Positions 30,130 to 39,409 of a stretch of 41,146 nt of DNA are shown one piece after another. Source of the stretch: an uncultured delta proteobacterium (lineage in GTDB: Bacteria; Desulfobacterota; Syntrophobacteria; Syntrophobacterales; Syntrophobacteraceae). The position numbers and the translations under genes were made by a program. Below the pieces are notes generated by a model that saw only the letters and a list, made by a program, of their open reading frames with translations, had not been told where the DNA came from and searched no databases. The stretch lies in the NCBI GenBank assembly GCA_963808625.1, contig CAWEHK010000016.1:1-41146 (forward strand), given 5' to 3'. Numbering within the stretch: the first letter of the stretch is position 1; every line of letters starts with the position of its first letter.

Positions 30130-30470
30130 TCATTGATTTTGCCTTGAGGAAGGTCGTACCGGGTGTAGCGGCGAGATGTTCCGCGGCGCTCATAAGCGGA
30201 GGATTTCAGAATGCTCCGGATAATCCCCATCACCCCCGCGCACAGTCTTACGGCGCAGATCAAGGAACATCTCTGCAGGATCGATATCTTCCGGACAGAC
30301 TTCCCGACACAGCCCGCAAAGGTAGCACTCAAAAGCTTTTGCCCGTGCTCTTTGAGGGAAGGATCGAAAATGGCCAAAGCCTTTGGACTTCCGGATTGCT
30401 GCAGGAACTCGCATTCCTTCCGGCAAAGATCGCACTCGATGCATTTTTCGGACACCATTTCCGCAACCAT
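30130..30470 (-). pseudogene. N-terminal 4Fe-4S dicluster fragment of an Fe-S oxidoreductase
   Basis: CIECDLCRKEC and CYLCGLCREVCP lie in different frames, followed by YERRGTSRRY; truncated where ydjY begins. Confidence 0.65.
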
Positions 30471-31312
30471 CTTCCGCTCCAGGGGATTGACGCGTCGCAA
30501 CAGGAGCAGGCTAAGGCAGCCCGCTGGTTGTCACTTCCGGTCTTTTTGGCCTCGAGGAACGCAAAATTCCGCAGACCACAGCAGGGACATCCATCCCCCT
30601 TTTCCACGCGGAGGGAATTGAATGTCCCATTCCAGCAGTCGATTGAAACCAGGCGCGGTTCCGGCGGCGGTGAACCTACGATGAGGCGCAGCGCGGTCGT
30701 CACCTGCCATGAAGCGATGATCGCCACGGCAGCGTTCAATACCCCGCTGGTGTCACAGGTCGGCAAACTTCCCGGCGCCGGCGGAACCGGCATGAGACAC
30801 CGCAGACAGGGGCCCTGGTCGGGAAGGACCGGCATGGTTACGCCTTCCGTGCCGATCACCCCGCCATAGATCCAGGGCTTGCCAAGCTTGACGCAGGCAT
30901 CGTTGAGGAGATAGCGCGTCTCGAAATTGTCCGTGGCGTCGAGCACCACATCAACGTCTCCGATGAGCGCTTCGACATTGCGCGGGGTCACCTCGAGCGC
31001 TTCCGCCTCGACCACGATGGATGAGTTGATCGCCCGCAGCCGGCGCGCCGCAGCCTCGGCTTTCGGCGTCTGGGCGATGGCGTCATGCTCATCGAAGGCA
31101 ATCTGGCGGTGGAGGTTGGGAAATTCCACCAGATCACGGTCGACGAGGCGGATATTCCCGACGCCGGCCCGGGCCAGGAGCTCACCATGGATGCAGCCAA
31201 GCCCACCGTAGCCGACAATAAGCACCGAGCTCTTCGCCAGCCTCTCCTGACCTTCCGCACCGATTTCCGGCAGGATTTGTTGCCGAGCGTACCTGTTTTC
31301 ACCGAGGGTCAT
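30329..31312 (-). CDS. ThiF/MoeB family adenylyltransferase (recognisable homology ends near 30540)
   Basis: RYARQ, VLIVGYGGLG, LVDRD.VE..NLHRQ, DATDNFETRYLLND, CLRC, CPCC. Confidence 0.9.
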   Translation of the reverse strand: MTLGENRYARQQILPEIGAEGQERLAKSSVLIVGYGGLGCIHGELLARAGVGNIRLVDRDLVEFPNLHRQIAFDEHDAIAQTPKAEAAARRLRAINSSIVVEAEALEVTPRNVEALIGDVDVVLDATDNFETRYLLNDACVKLGKPWIYGGVIGTEGVTMPVLPDQGPCLRCLMPVPPAPGSLPTCDTSGVLNAAVAIIASWQVTTALRLIVGSPPPEPRLVSIDCWNGTFNSLRVEKGDGCPCCGLRNFAFLEAKKTGSDNQRAALACSCCDASIPWSGRWLRKWCPKNASSAIFAGRNASSCSNPEVQRLWPFSILPSKSTGKSF

Positions 31313-31458
31313 TTTGCTGTAATTCTCCTCTCCCTGCTCCTGGTACCAAGGATTCTTCGCAGGTCGGCGGGAGTGCCCTCCGTCCGCCCTGCGGATTGCT
31401 CAGGACTATTCGGATTAAGGCAGAGTGGTTTCGACTTTGCCGGAACCACCACCTCTCC

Positions 31459-31675
31459 GTAGGAGCGCCTCTTAGAGGGTGTCTTAGAGACTGTCCAAAA
31501 ACAACTTGCACTCATTTCAGCCCTTTTTCAACCACGAGAACCACGAAGAAGCACGAAGAGCACGAAGAAATCACTTCGTGTCCTTCGTGTTCTTCGTGGT
31601 AAAAGAAGGCCTTTTATTTTTGGCCGCCCCCTTAGGCACGATTTTATCAAGGTCGCGGCAAAGTGCCGCTCCTAC
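31459..31675. repeat. Composite element: GTAGGAGCG REP doublet interrupted by a MITE-like insert with CACGAAG inverted repeats
   Basis: GTAGGAGCG...CGCTCCTAC outer arms; CTTAG at 31471, 31483 and 31631; CACGAAG / CTTCGTG repeats at 31531-31600. Confidence 0.7.
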
Positions 31676-31694
31676 GGAAAGCGGATTTCTAACC

Positions 31695-32846
31695 TTAACG
31701 AGTACAATTCGAAATGGAATAGAACCCCTCCGCTAAATTGCCTTCTTCACTCTTAGTGGAACGTTCGATCCAGCCCCCTCCGAGCACCCGGTCCCCGTCA
31801 TAGACCACCGCTGCCTGCCCGGGTGTGACGGCCCTGACCGGTTCCTCGAAGATTACCCGAAAGCTCTCCGCTCCCGACATGCTCCACCACCGCCCGCGCC
31901 GCTTCATGGCGATAGCGGACCTGCACCGCACAAGGGATTGGGGCGGACGAGTGAAGAGGGATGACGCCACCTGACGCCTGTGGCGATCAGGCCCTTCGAC
32001 AACAACTCGTTCTCATCAAGGGCAACGACAACCCTGGCGCTTTCGGGATCGATTGCCTTGACCCAGGCCTTTTGGCCCAGGGCGATCCCCAGACCCCTTC
32101 GTTGCCCGACGGTAAACCGGTGAAAACCCTGGTGCAGCCCCAGGACTTTTCCCTCGACCGTCGACGATTTCTCCCGAGCGCGCCACCCCCTGGAAACGCT
32201 GTCGCAGGATTTCCGCATAAATCTGCTCCATCTGCCATGAAACAGGCGTCCTGGCTCTCTTCGAGGTCCGCATTCGGCAGCCCCAGGCGTCGCGCCTTTT
32301 CGCGCACTTCCGTCTTGGTGAGGGCTCCCAGAGGGAAAAAGCGCCGCCGCCAACTGATCGTCGTCGAGCGAGAAAAGGAAATAGGATTGGTCCTTGCTCC
32401 GATCCAATCCGCGCCTCAGGAAGGTCGCTCCGCTCTCGTCTTTCTCGATGCGCGCATAATGGCCCGTGGCGATTTTGTGAGCTCCCAAGGACCTCGCCGC
32501 ATCGAGCAGAAAGCCGAATTTGATCCGTTCATTGCAGATGACGCAAGGATTGGGGGTGCGCCCGCGGGAATATTCCAGCCAGCTGTGGCGCAGCACGGCA
32601 TCGTGAAATGGCCGGCGGCAGTCGAGCACGTAATGGGGAATGCCGAGAACACCCGCGACCGCTCTGGCCTGGGTCGGCCCGGCGGCGCTGCAGCAGGAGC
32701 GGCCATAAGCGGCATCCTCGCAGGATTGGAGCTGGAGGGTGGCGCCGATTACTTCGTAGCCGCGTTCAAGCAGCAACGCGGCCGCGACGCTCGAATCCAC
32801 GCCTCCGCTCATGGCAACAAGGACTCGCGTCCTTATGAGAAGTCAT
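31695..32846 (-). CDS. mnmA: tRNA 2-thiouridine(34) synthase; several frameshifts
   Basis: [74 protein letters not shown] spread across frames. Confidence 0.93.
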
Positions 32847-33127
32847 GGCCTCTCAGCTCGGCAGCCACCTGCGCCACCATTTCGATGACGCGATCCACTT
32901 CGGCTGCGGTGTTTTCCGGTCCGAGGGAGAAGCGGATGCAGGTTCGATGCCTGATCATCGTCGCGACCCATTGCCCGAAGCACATAGGACGGTTCGCGGC
33001 TTTCCGCCTGGCAGGCCGATCCGGTAGAAACCGCCACGCCCATCAAATCGAGATTCATGGCGAGCAACTGGCTATCCACAGCGTGAACTGGTGTCGTCGC
33101 ATGACGATCGAAATAGATCCGTTCCAT
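32833..33127 (-). pseudogene. Cysteine desulfurase (IscS/NifS) with a large internal deletion
   Basis: MERIYFDRHATTPV is joined directly to the C-terminal LDLMGVAVSTGSAC...PSYVLRAMG...IRFSLG.ENT. The PLP-binding core is absent. Confidence 0.8.
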
Positions 33128-33302
33128 ATCCTGCCTGAAGTAAAGGTCGCTGCCGGGCTGTGTTCCGCGACGAGGCGCCGCCTTTTGCGTCCACAATCAT
33201 CCTCCCCCCTATAACTTCTTATACACTGGAAAACAACGCTGAGCTCTGAGTCCCGACTGTTCAGTAAAGCTCCAAAGAACAAAGTAATCCTTATCCCCGG
33301 TC

Positions 33303-33392
33303 GTCATTCCGGCATGCTTCTGGCGGGAATCCAGAAAGAAAGCAGAATGCCCGCCCCGACCTTCGCTGGGGCAGGTGTTTCGAGGGCATGAA
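33303..33392. repeat. Degenerate GTCATTCC...GGAATCCAG palindromic repeat
   Basis: GTCATTCCGGCATGCTTCTGGCGGGAATCCAG...ATGCCC...GGGCATGA; same core family as the MITEs. Confidence 0.6.
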
Positions 33393-33607
33393 GTGTTGGA
33401 AACCTCCGGACTATTGAACTCGCGAAATTGGTTATCTTGTAGGCGCCGAAACCCCTGATGCCCAAGTGGTGATGGGAGGAGTACGGCACCCTTGTTGCGC
33501 CATCTCGAAAGAATGCGTATGTTTACCTTGCTATTCTACGATGCAGGGTGACGGCAATAAAGCGCTGAAGAGCGGCGGGCAAACGGCGCAATAGAAACGG
33601 GTTACCG

Positions 33608-34279
33608 ATGACAACAAACAAGGTGGCTATCGCTGTCGGAGAGGGAGAAGAAGTCTCCGGAGTCTTGTGCGTTCCGGATGGCGATGCGAAGAAAGGCGTG
33701 ATCCTGGCACATGGTGCCGGCAACGACATGAATCAACCGATGATCGTCTTTCTCGCTGATAAGATGGCTGAGGCTGGTTACCTCACGCTCCGTTTCAACT
33801 TTTTGTACCAGGAGCAGGGCAAGAGGGAACCGGGCAGTCAGGAAAGGCTCTATCTCGCATGGGAGGGTGCTTATCGATTTCTCCGAGAACATCCTCAGTG
33901 TCCAACGGAGCACCTCGTAGCAGCAGGAAAATCCATGGGCGGAAGAATTGCATCCCAAATGGTCGCCGAGGGCAGACTCCCGGCAGCGCAACTTATCTTC
34001 CTCGGCTACCCCCTCCATGCTCCGGGCAGGAAGGACAGAGTCCGCGACCGGCACCTCTATGGGATCAAAATTCCCATGCTCTTTTTCGCTGGAACAAGGG
34101 ACCCGCTGTGTGATTTGGAATTACTCCGCGGGGTCCTGGCGCATCTCACGGCCCCATGGGATTTGGAACTCATCGAAGGCGGCGACCACTCCTTCAATGT
34201 GCCAAAATCGATGGGCTCCGATCCCCAAGAGGTCTATGGCCGAATCCTTAACAAGGCCCTGGTGTGGCTCGGCAAGTGA
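33608..34279 (+). CDS. Alpha/beta hydrolase (KANL3/Tex30-like)
   Basis: LAHGAG, LRFNF.Y, GKSMGGR, LGYPLH.PG, GTRDPLC, GGDHSF. Confidence 0.88.
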   Translation: MTTNKVAIAVGEGEEVSGVLCVPDGDAKKGVILAHGAGNDMNQPMIVFLADKMAEAGYLTLRFNFLYQEQGKREPGSQERLYLAWEGAYRFLREHPQCPTEHLVAAGKSMGGRIASQMVAEGRLPAAQLIFLGYPLHAPGRKDRVRDRHLYGIKIPMLFFAGTRDPLCDLELLRGVLAHLTAPWDLELIEGGDHSFNVPKSMGSDPQEVYGRILNKALVWLGK

Positions 34280-34404
34280 GGTCGCAGGATCACCCCGGAG
34301 AAAAACCTGAACGGTGGCAAGGGATGAGGGATGATGAAGAACTGGCGGACAGTAAGGCGGAATGATAGCGAACACCACTTCAAACTTGTCCAGGAGGAAC
34401 GGAA

Positions 34405-35016
34405 ATGAAAGTTTTGATCGTCTACTACTCAATGTACGGACACATTCATCGTCTGGCGCAGGCCATGGCCGAAGGCGTGCGGGAGCTTCCCGGAGCGGAA
34501 GTGATCCTGCGTCGAGTGCCGGAGACGCTCTCCGCGGAGGTGCTGAAAAACATGGGGGCGGTCGAGCCCCAAAAGGCCATGGGCGACGTGCCGGTCTGTA
34601 CGGTGGATGAGTTGCCAACTGCGGACGCGATCATCTTTGGCACGCCCACACGGTTCGGCAACATGTGCGGACAGATGCGCCAATTCCTTGACGCTACGGG
34701 GCAGCTTTGGGCTCAAGGAGCATTGGTGGGCAAGGTAGGGAGTGTCTTTACCAGCTCCGCCACCCAGCATGGCGGACAGGAATCCACGATCCTCACCTTC
34801 CATGTCACGCTCCTCCATCAAGGAATGGTTATTGTGGGATTGCCCTACAGTTTCCAGGGCCAAATGAGAAATGACGAGATTACGGGTGGTTCCCCTTACG
34901 GCGCATCGACGATCGCCGGCACCGGGGGAGAACGGGTACCGACAGAGAACGAGCTTGCCGCCGCCAGGTTTCAAGGAAAGCACGTCGCTTCCATCGCCGC
35001 AAAGCTCTCGAAATGA
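34405..35016 (+). CDS. wrbA: NAD(P)H:quinone oxidoreductase WrbA
   Basis: [44 protein letters not shown]. Confidence 0.96.
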   Translation: MKVLIVYYSMYGHIHRLAQAMAEGVRELPGAEVILRRVPETLSAEVLKNMGAVEPQKAMGDVPVCTVDELPTADAIIFGTPTRFGNMCGQMRQFLDATGQLWAQGALVGKVGSVFTSSATQHGGQESTILTFHVTLLHQGMVIVGLPYSFQGQMRNDEITGGSPYGASTIAGTGGERVPTENELAAARFQGKHVASIAAKLSK

Positions 35017-35155
35017 GTTCTCGGGGGGACGGTCAAGCGTTCTGACGGCTGACTGGCAGTTGCACTGCCTCGAAGGAACATCCTCTTGACCGTCACTCCA
35101 GTTTTATCCTCGTCTAGGATGAGATCCCTCACGCTGAAGGACTTTTGAATACTCA

Positions 35156-35225
35156 CCGCAGAGGCGCAGAGGTCGCGGAGAAAGACCGCCAAATAAAAGC
35201 CTCTGCCTCCTCTGCGCCTCTGCGG
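35156..35225. repeat. Perfect 17-bp inverted repeat (CGCAGAG-unit family) between convergent genes; possible bidirectional terminator
   Basis: CCGCAGAGGCGCAGAGG...CCTCTGCGCCTCTGCGG. Confidence 0.8.
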
Positions 35226-35309
35226 CAAGAAAGAAGGATGTCAACCTTCACGGGCATAGCGCGAGATTGGATCCTGGCATACCGTAAGTCGATTCAGAGA
35301 GGTGGTCGG

Positions 35310-35628
35310 CTATTGTTTCTTGGGTGCCGCTTTTTGCGGTTCGGCCTTGGCCGGTTCGGCTTTCTTTCCCGTCCGCCTTCACTTCAATGCTTGAAGCCTT
35401 CATGGTGTAATAGACCGTGACTTTGGAACCGACCTTGAGGTCTTCCCCCGTTACCTTGGTATCCTTGTCACGGGCAATCTCCCATTTATCTTTTCCTTTT
35501 TCCACGACCAGGACGTCGTCCTTCATCTCGATCACGGTACCCGTCCATTGGTACTCCTTGGGACCTGCGGCAAAAGCCATCGTTGAGAAAAAAACTGCCA
35601 CAAACAGAAGGATCAGACATCGCTTCAT
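35310..35628 (-). CDS. Small exported beta-rich hypothetical protein; probable frameshift near 35365
   Basis: Signal peptide ending AFA, YQWTGTVIE...EKGKDKWEIARD..TKV...LKVGSKVTV.Y.M.A. The shifted frame gives the tail AEPAKAEPQKAAPKKQ*. Confidence 0.75.
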
Positions 35629-35795
35629 AACCAAATCTCCTTTTCTAATGTGCTCTTTTTGAAGCAGGGATACGAAAGGGAAAGTCTCACAAAAGCACTA
35701 TTCAGTGCCTCCAATACCGCACCATGCATCACTCAGCCATAGGCTTCACCCCCCTTCGAGACAATCAAAAGATGATCTTTTTGATGAACGGGGAG

Positions 35796-35812
35796 AGCAG
35801 AATTTATGCCAA
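35796..35812 (-). promoter_or_regulatory. Sigma54-type promoter candidate
   Basis: Minus strand TTGGCATAAATTCTGCT (GG-N10-GC), about 170 nt upstream of ATG 35628. Confidence 0.4.
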
Positions 35813-36116
35813 AATCTACCGCGAGGTGGTGGTTCTTGCCACGAAGCTTACCGCCTTGGATTTTTCGCCAACAGGACCATGAGCAAGGGAAATCAGACGA
35901 AATACATATAGACTGGGCAGAAGCGTAATGCACCAAATTTTTCGCTTTGCCTGAGTCGTCGCGCAAAAATGGTTCATTTTCCAGCTGAACTGGATTCATT
36001 TCGAATATGACATGCTGACATGTTCTTGACCGCCTCCTGAAGACCTGTTAATCAAAAACCTCCAAAGAACAATCTCTCTTCACCCTATCACCTGAACCTG
36101 CAGGCAAAGGGAGTCG

Positions 36117-36912
36117 ATGGTGATCAGGCGCATCGAGGTATTTCCCGAGCTGAAATTTCCGCAGTGGATGCCCGAGGGGGCCGCGTGGCGGATTGCGAAC
36201 GAGAAGGACGGGACTCGGCTGCTGCTGGTGCCCGGCGGAACGTTTCTGGCGGGTGGGCCGGGAGCGGATGAAGGCGGTGGTGCGCCGTTCCCGGTGGAGC
36301 TGCCGCCGTATTACCTGGGGCTGCACCCGGTGACCAACAGGCAGTACCTGCGTTTTGTGGAAGCGACGGGGCACCGGACACCGGACCCGCCCTTTGGGGC
36401 GCCGGTGTGGAAAGGGCGGAGCTTTTCCGCCGGAGTTTTCTGACCACCCGGTGGTGTATGTGAGCTGGGAAGACGCGAAGGCCTATTGCTGCTGGGCGGG
36501 TTTGCGGCTGCCTTCCGAGCTGGAGTGGGAGAAGGCGGCGCGAGGCGTGGATGGACGGAAATATCCCTGGGGCGATGGATGGGATGAGACGAAATGCCGC
36601 AATGGTAAAAATCAAGGCGGTGAGACGACCTGCAGCGTCTTGAGCTACGCTGCGGGCTGCAGTGTGTGGGGCCACTACCAGATGGCGGGGAACGTCTGGG
36701 AATGGTGTGAAGACTGGTATGACAGCGAGGCTTATGAGCGATACCGGGCGGCTGACCTGCAGCCGCCCTCATCCGGGAAATTCCGCGTGGTTCGTGGGGG
36801 CTCGTGGGTGCTGGGCAACGAGGACTACTTCCGGTGCGCGTTCCGCAACCACAGGCCGGACCTCCGCAGTGTCAGTTACGGCTTTCGTGTGGCAAGAAGG
36901 CTTGCTCTTTGA
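36117..36912 (+). CDS. FGE-sulfatase (SUMF1/C-type-lectin fold) domain protein; frameshift near 36425
   Basis: [28 protein letters not shown]...[30 protein letters not shown]...GFR. Confidence 0.9.
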
Positions 36913-36950
36913 AGTCTTACCTCCTTGCCCCCTGACTCCCGTTCCCCAGG

Positions 36951-37088
36951 TAGAGCGCCAAATGGGTGTCCAGTACCCAACCGTCATGCCCGCGAAGGCG
37001 GGCATCCAGACTTTCCTTCTGGATTCCCGCCAAAAGCGAGCGGGAATGACGACCCGTGATTATGGGCACTTTATTCAGTGGCGTTGTA
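36951..37088. mobile_element. MITE-like element with TA flanks carrying the GTCAT...CCAG palindromic core
   Basis: TA-GAGCGCCA...TGGCGTTG-TA imperfect TIRs; core GTCATGCCCGCGAAGGCGGGCATCCAG...CTGGATTCCCGC...GCGGGAATGAC. Confidence 0.6.
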
Positions 37089-37089
37089 C

Positions 37090-37977
37090 TCAGACCGCTG
37101 GCAAGCCTACAAATCCTCGAATCTGCTGGGTCACCTGTGGTGCCAGTCCCAGACCGGAGGCCAATTGGTTAAGATATTCCTGTTCGGCGGGAGTGTCCAC
37201 CTCGATGGCGAGCAATGAGGCCGCATAGACCTGCGCCGCGACGTCCGGACGACCCTGGGCGGCAGCGATCAACTGCGGTGTCTCCATCGGCTTCTGCATT
37301 TCCATGATGAGGAATTGCTGGTCACTCTCCTGGATGCCGTCTTCCTGCAATTTACCAACAATACGCTTCACTTCACCGGTATCAATCTTGCCATCTGCTT
37401 TGGCGGCATTGATCATGGCCTTGACGATCAGTTCGGCATGCTGCTCGAGTTCCTGCCGGTCAACGTCTGTCTTCGGCTCTGCCAACCCGATGGGCACCGT
37501 CTGGGGTTCCGCGCCGCTCCCCTGCAGAGCCTTGTAAGCCATGGCTGCAAGGAGCGCCATCACCCCACCCCCCAAAGCACCGCCCATGGACTTGCCGCCA
37601 CCGCCAAGGAGCGCCCCGGCAAGCGCCCCAAGTCCGCCAAGGGCGAGATTGTCTTTACCGCCGACCGCCTGTTCCGCATTGCCCAGGACACTTCCCAGCA
37701 ATCCCCCCAGTCCACCCAGACCGCTCTGACCGCCGCCACCGCTCCCGGAGCCGCCAAGCATTGAAGCGAGGCCCTCCAAGAGCCCGCCACCGGTTCCAGT
37801 ACCACCACCAGTTCCAGTGCCACCACCGGTCCCGGTACCACCGAGCATCGAAGCCAGACCCTCCAGCAGCCCGCCCCCACTTCCCGTGCCTTCGCCAAGG
37901 GAGTTTTTCAACCGGTCGTTGGACGACGGCGTCATCCCTGCCTGGATGAGGGAACCTAAAATTTCATTGAGACCCAT
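37090..37977 (-). CDS. DUF533/YebE (TerB-like) protein with a Gly-rich repetitive N-terminus
   Basis: LALGGLGALAG, AYKA, KAMINAAKADGKID..E..RI, A.QVYAASLLAI.VD..AE..YL..LA..L.L; (GGGTGT)n and duplicated GGGLLEGLASMLGG. Confidence 0.88.
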   Translation of the reverse strand: MGLNEILGSLIQAGMTPSSNDRLKNSLGEGTGSGGGLLEGLASMLGGTGTGGGTGTGGGTGTGGGLLEGLASMLGGSGSGGGGQSGLGGLGGLLGSVLGNAEQAVGGKDNLALGGLGALAGALLGGGGKSMGGALGGGVMALLAAMAYKALQGSGAEPQTVPIGLAEPKTDVDRQELEQHAELIVKAMINAAKADGKIDTGEVKRIVGKLQEDGIQESDQQFLIMEMQKPMETPQLIAAAQGRPDVAAQVYAASLLAIEVDTPAEQEYLNQLASGLGLAPQVTQQIRGFVGLPAV

Positions 37978-38068
37978 GACATTCTCCTATTCCTCAAGTA
38001 AATTCAGATTTATTCCCTACCGGCCCTCGCACTGGGAAAGGGCCGGAAAGCGATGCTTTCCAAACGGG

Positions 38069-38500
38069 TCATTTCAGAGGAATCCGGATTTTCTGGCCGA
38101 CAAAGATCAGGTTCGGGTCCCGGATGACTTCCCGGTTGGCTTCAAAGATCTTGGGGTAGTCATTGGCATTACCCAGGAACTTCTTGGCGAGGGCCGAGAG
38201 GGTGTCTCCCTGCTTGATGACGTAGTATTCCACCTTTTCCTGGACCGGTGGGGCTTGAAGACCATCGACCTTGACTTCCGAGACGCCCGCCACATTCCCG
38301 GCCATGAGGACGGCTTTTTCCATGGCCTCGGGGCTGGATGCCTGTCCGGAAAGAGAAACGACACCGTTCTCGAAGGAAACATTCAGCCCCGCGATCCCGG
38401 GATTGGCTTCTTCAATGTGTTTCTTGATGTTCTCAGCCGCGTCGTCTTCGCGGCTGAAGAGCTTTTTCCCAATTTCTTTCACGAAATCAAAAAGTCCCAT
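38069..38500 (-). CDS. BON-LysM protein (Kbp/YgaU family)
   Basis: MGLFDFVKEIGKKLF, EKAVLMAGNVAGV..V, Y.IKQGDTLS.LAK..LG....Y.KIFEANR..I.DP.LIF.GQKIRIP. Confidence 0.93.
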   Translation of the reverse strand: MGLFDFVKEIGKKLFSREDDAAENIKKHIEEANPGIAGLNVSFENGVVSLSGQASSPEAMEKAVLMAGNVAGVSEVKVDGLQAPPVQEKVEYYVIKQGDTLSALAKKFLGNANDYPKIFEANREVIRDPNLIFVGQKIRIPLK

Positions 38501-38822
38501 GGAGGTTCTCCTCGTTCTGAGATTTTTCATGCCAGTACTTCATGTCCCTTCCGGACACTCCGAACCATGAAAAGGCCTGGGAGTAAATCGCAACGTGCAA
38601 CTCGCAACACGGAACTTCTCACCCCAGCGAACCAATTGACCAGACCTTCTCCAAAACTGCTCAAACTCCGTCTTGCTTCTCCTCATCACACCCGATCCGG
38701 CATTGGTCGGCCCTCCTTTCCCCAAGTCTCAAAATGCTTCGACCAGCCTTCCGGAATACCTGCAACCTGGATGATGACTCCCCGTTTGTCGGTAAGCCCG
38801 TCCGGATATCATTGCCAGCTAA

Positions 38823-38953
38823 GAGACTATCTCAAAACCGGCGTACCCCGTCACCCCGGCGGAAGCCAGGGTCCAGATTCCCCAGGAAAACCTGGATTCC
38901 GGCTTTCACCGGAATGACGATCAGCATCGTTTTGACCATTTTGAGATGGTCTC
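38823..38953. mobile_element. 131-bp MITE, copy 2 (inverted relative to copy 1), with TAA target duplication
   Basis: TAA-GAGACTATCTCAAAA...TTTTGAGATGGTCTC-TAA; same internal palindromes as 27909-28039. Confidence 0.85.
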
Positions 38954-39409
38954 TAAGGGGTGAAGCACTCAAACGAAAACCATGATTTGTCGTCGTAGAA
39001 GCATTCGAAGTGCACGATGAGGGCGAACAAACGCTCTGAAACGGTCAGCTCGGGCATGATGCGATTGAAATTCAGCTTCTTATTGTAAACCATGTTGGAC
39101 TGTTTATCGACAGAATTTTTCCAGCGTCATTAAAAAGACGTCCTGCAAGCTGGAAGACAGGGACCGTCGGACCTTGGCCCGGCAAGTGCAACAATGAGGG
39201 CTCGAACGAATGCATTCACCAGTTTTCCGTTGCTTCCAGGGGTTTATTTGGATAGTGTCCGTTCGAAAAGCCATTGTCTGATATTGCAGAATCGACCAGG
39301 TGCAGGCCCTTTGGGAGCCTCCTCGGGCAAACTGGTGAGGGCGAATGGAAAGATTGATTGGCAGGAACCTGGACATTACTGAGGATACCTGCTGGGGAGA
39401 TTCGCTGAA

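Noticed and set aside
31531..31600. CRISPR array from the CACGAAG repeats (and other REP clusters)
   Set aside because: Units are 9-10 nt, inverted, have no unique spacers, and no cas genes are present.
37740..37890. 18-bp repeats as a non-coding array
   Set aside because: They encode the in-frame Gly/Thr linker of the DUF533 protein, with synonymous variation.
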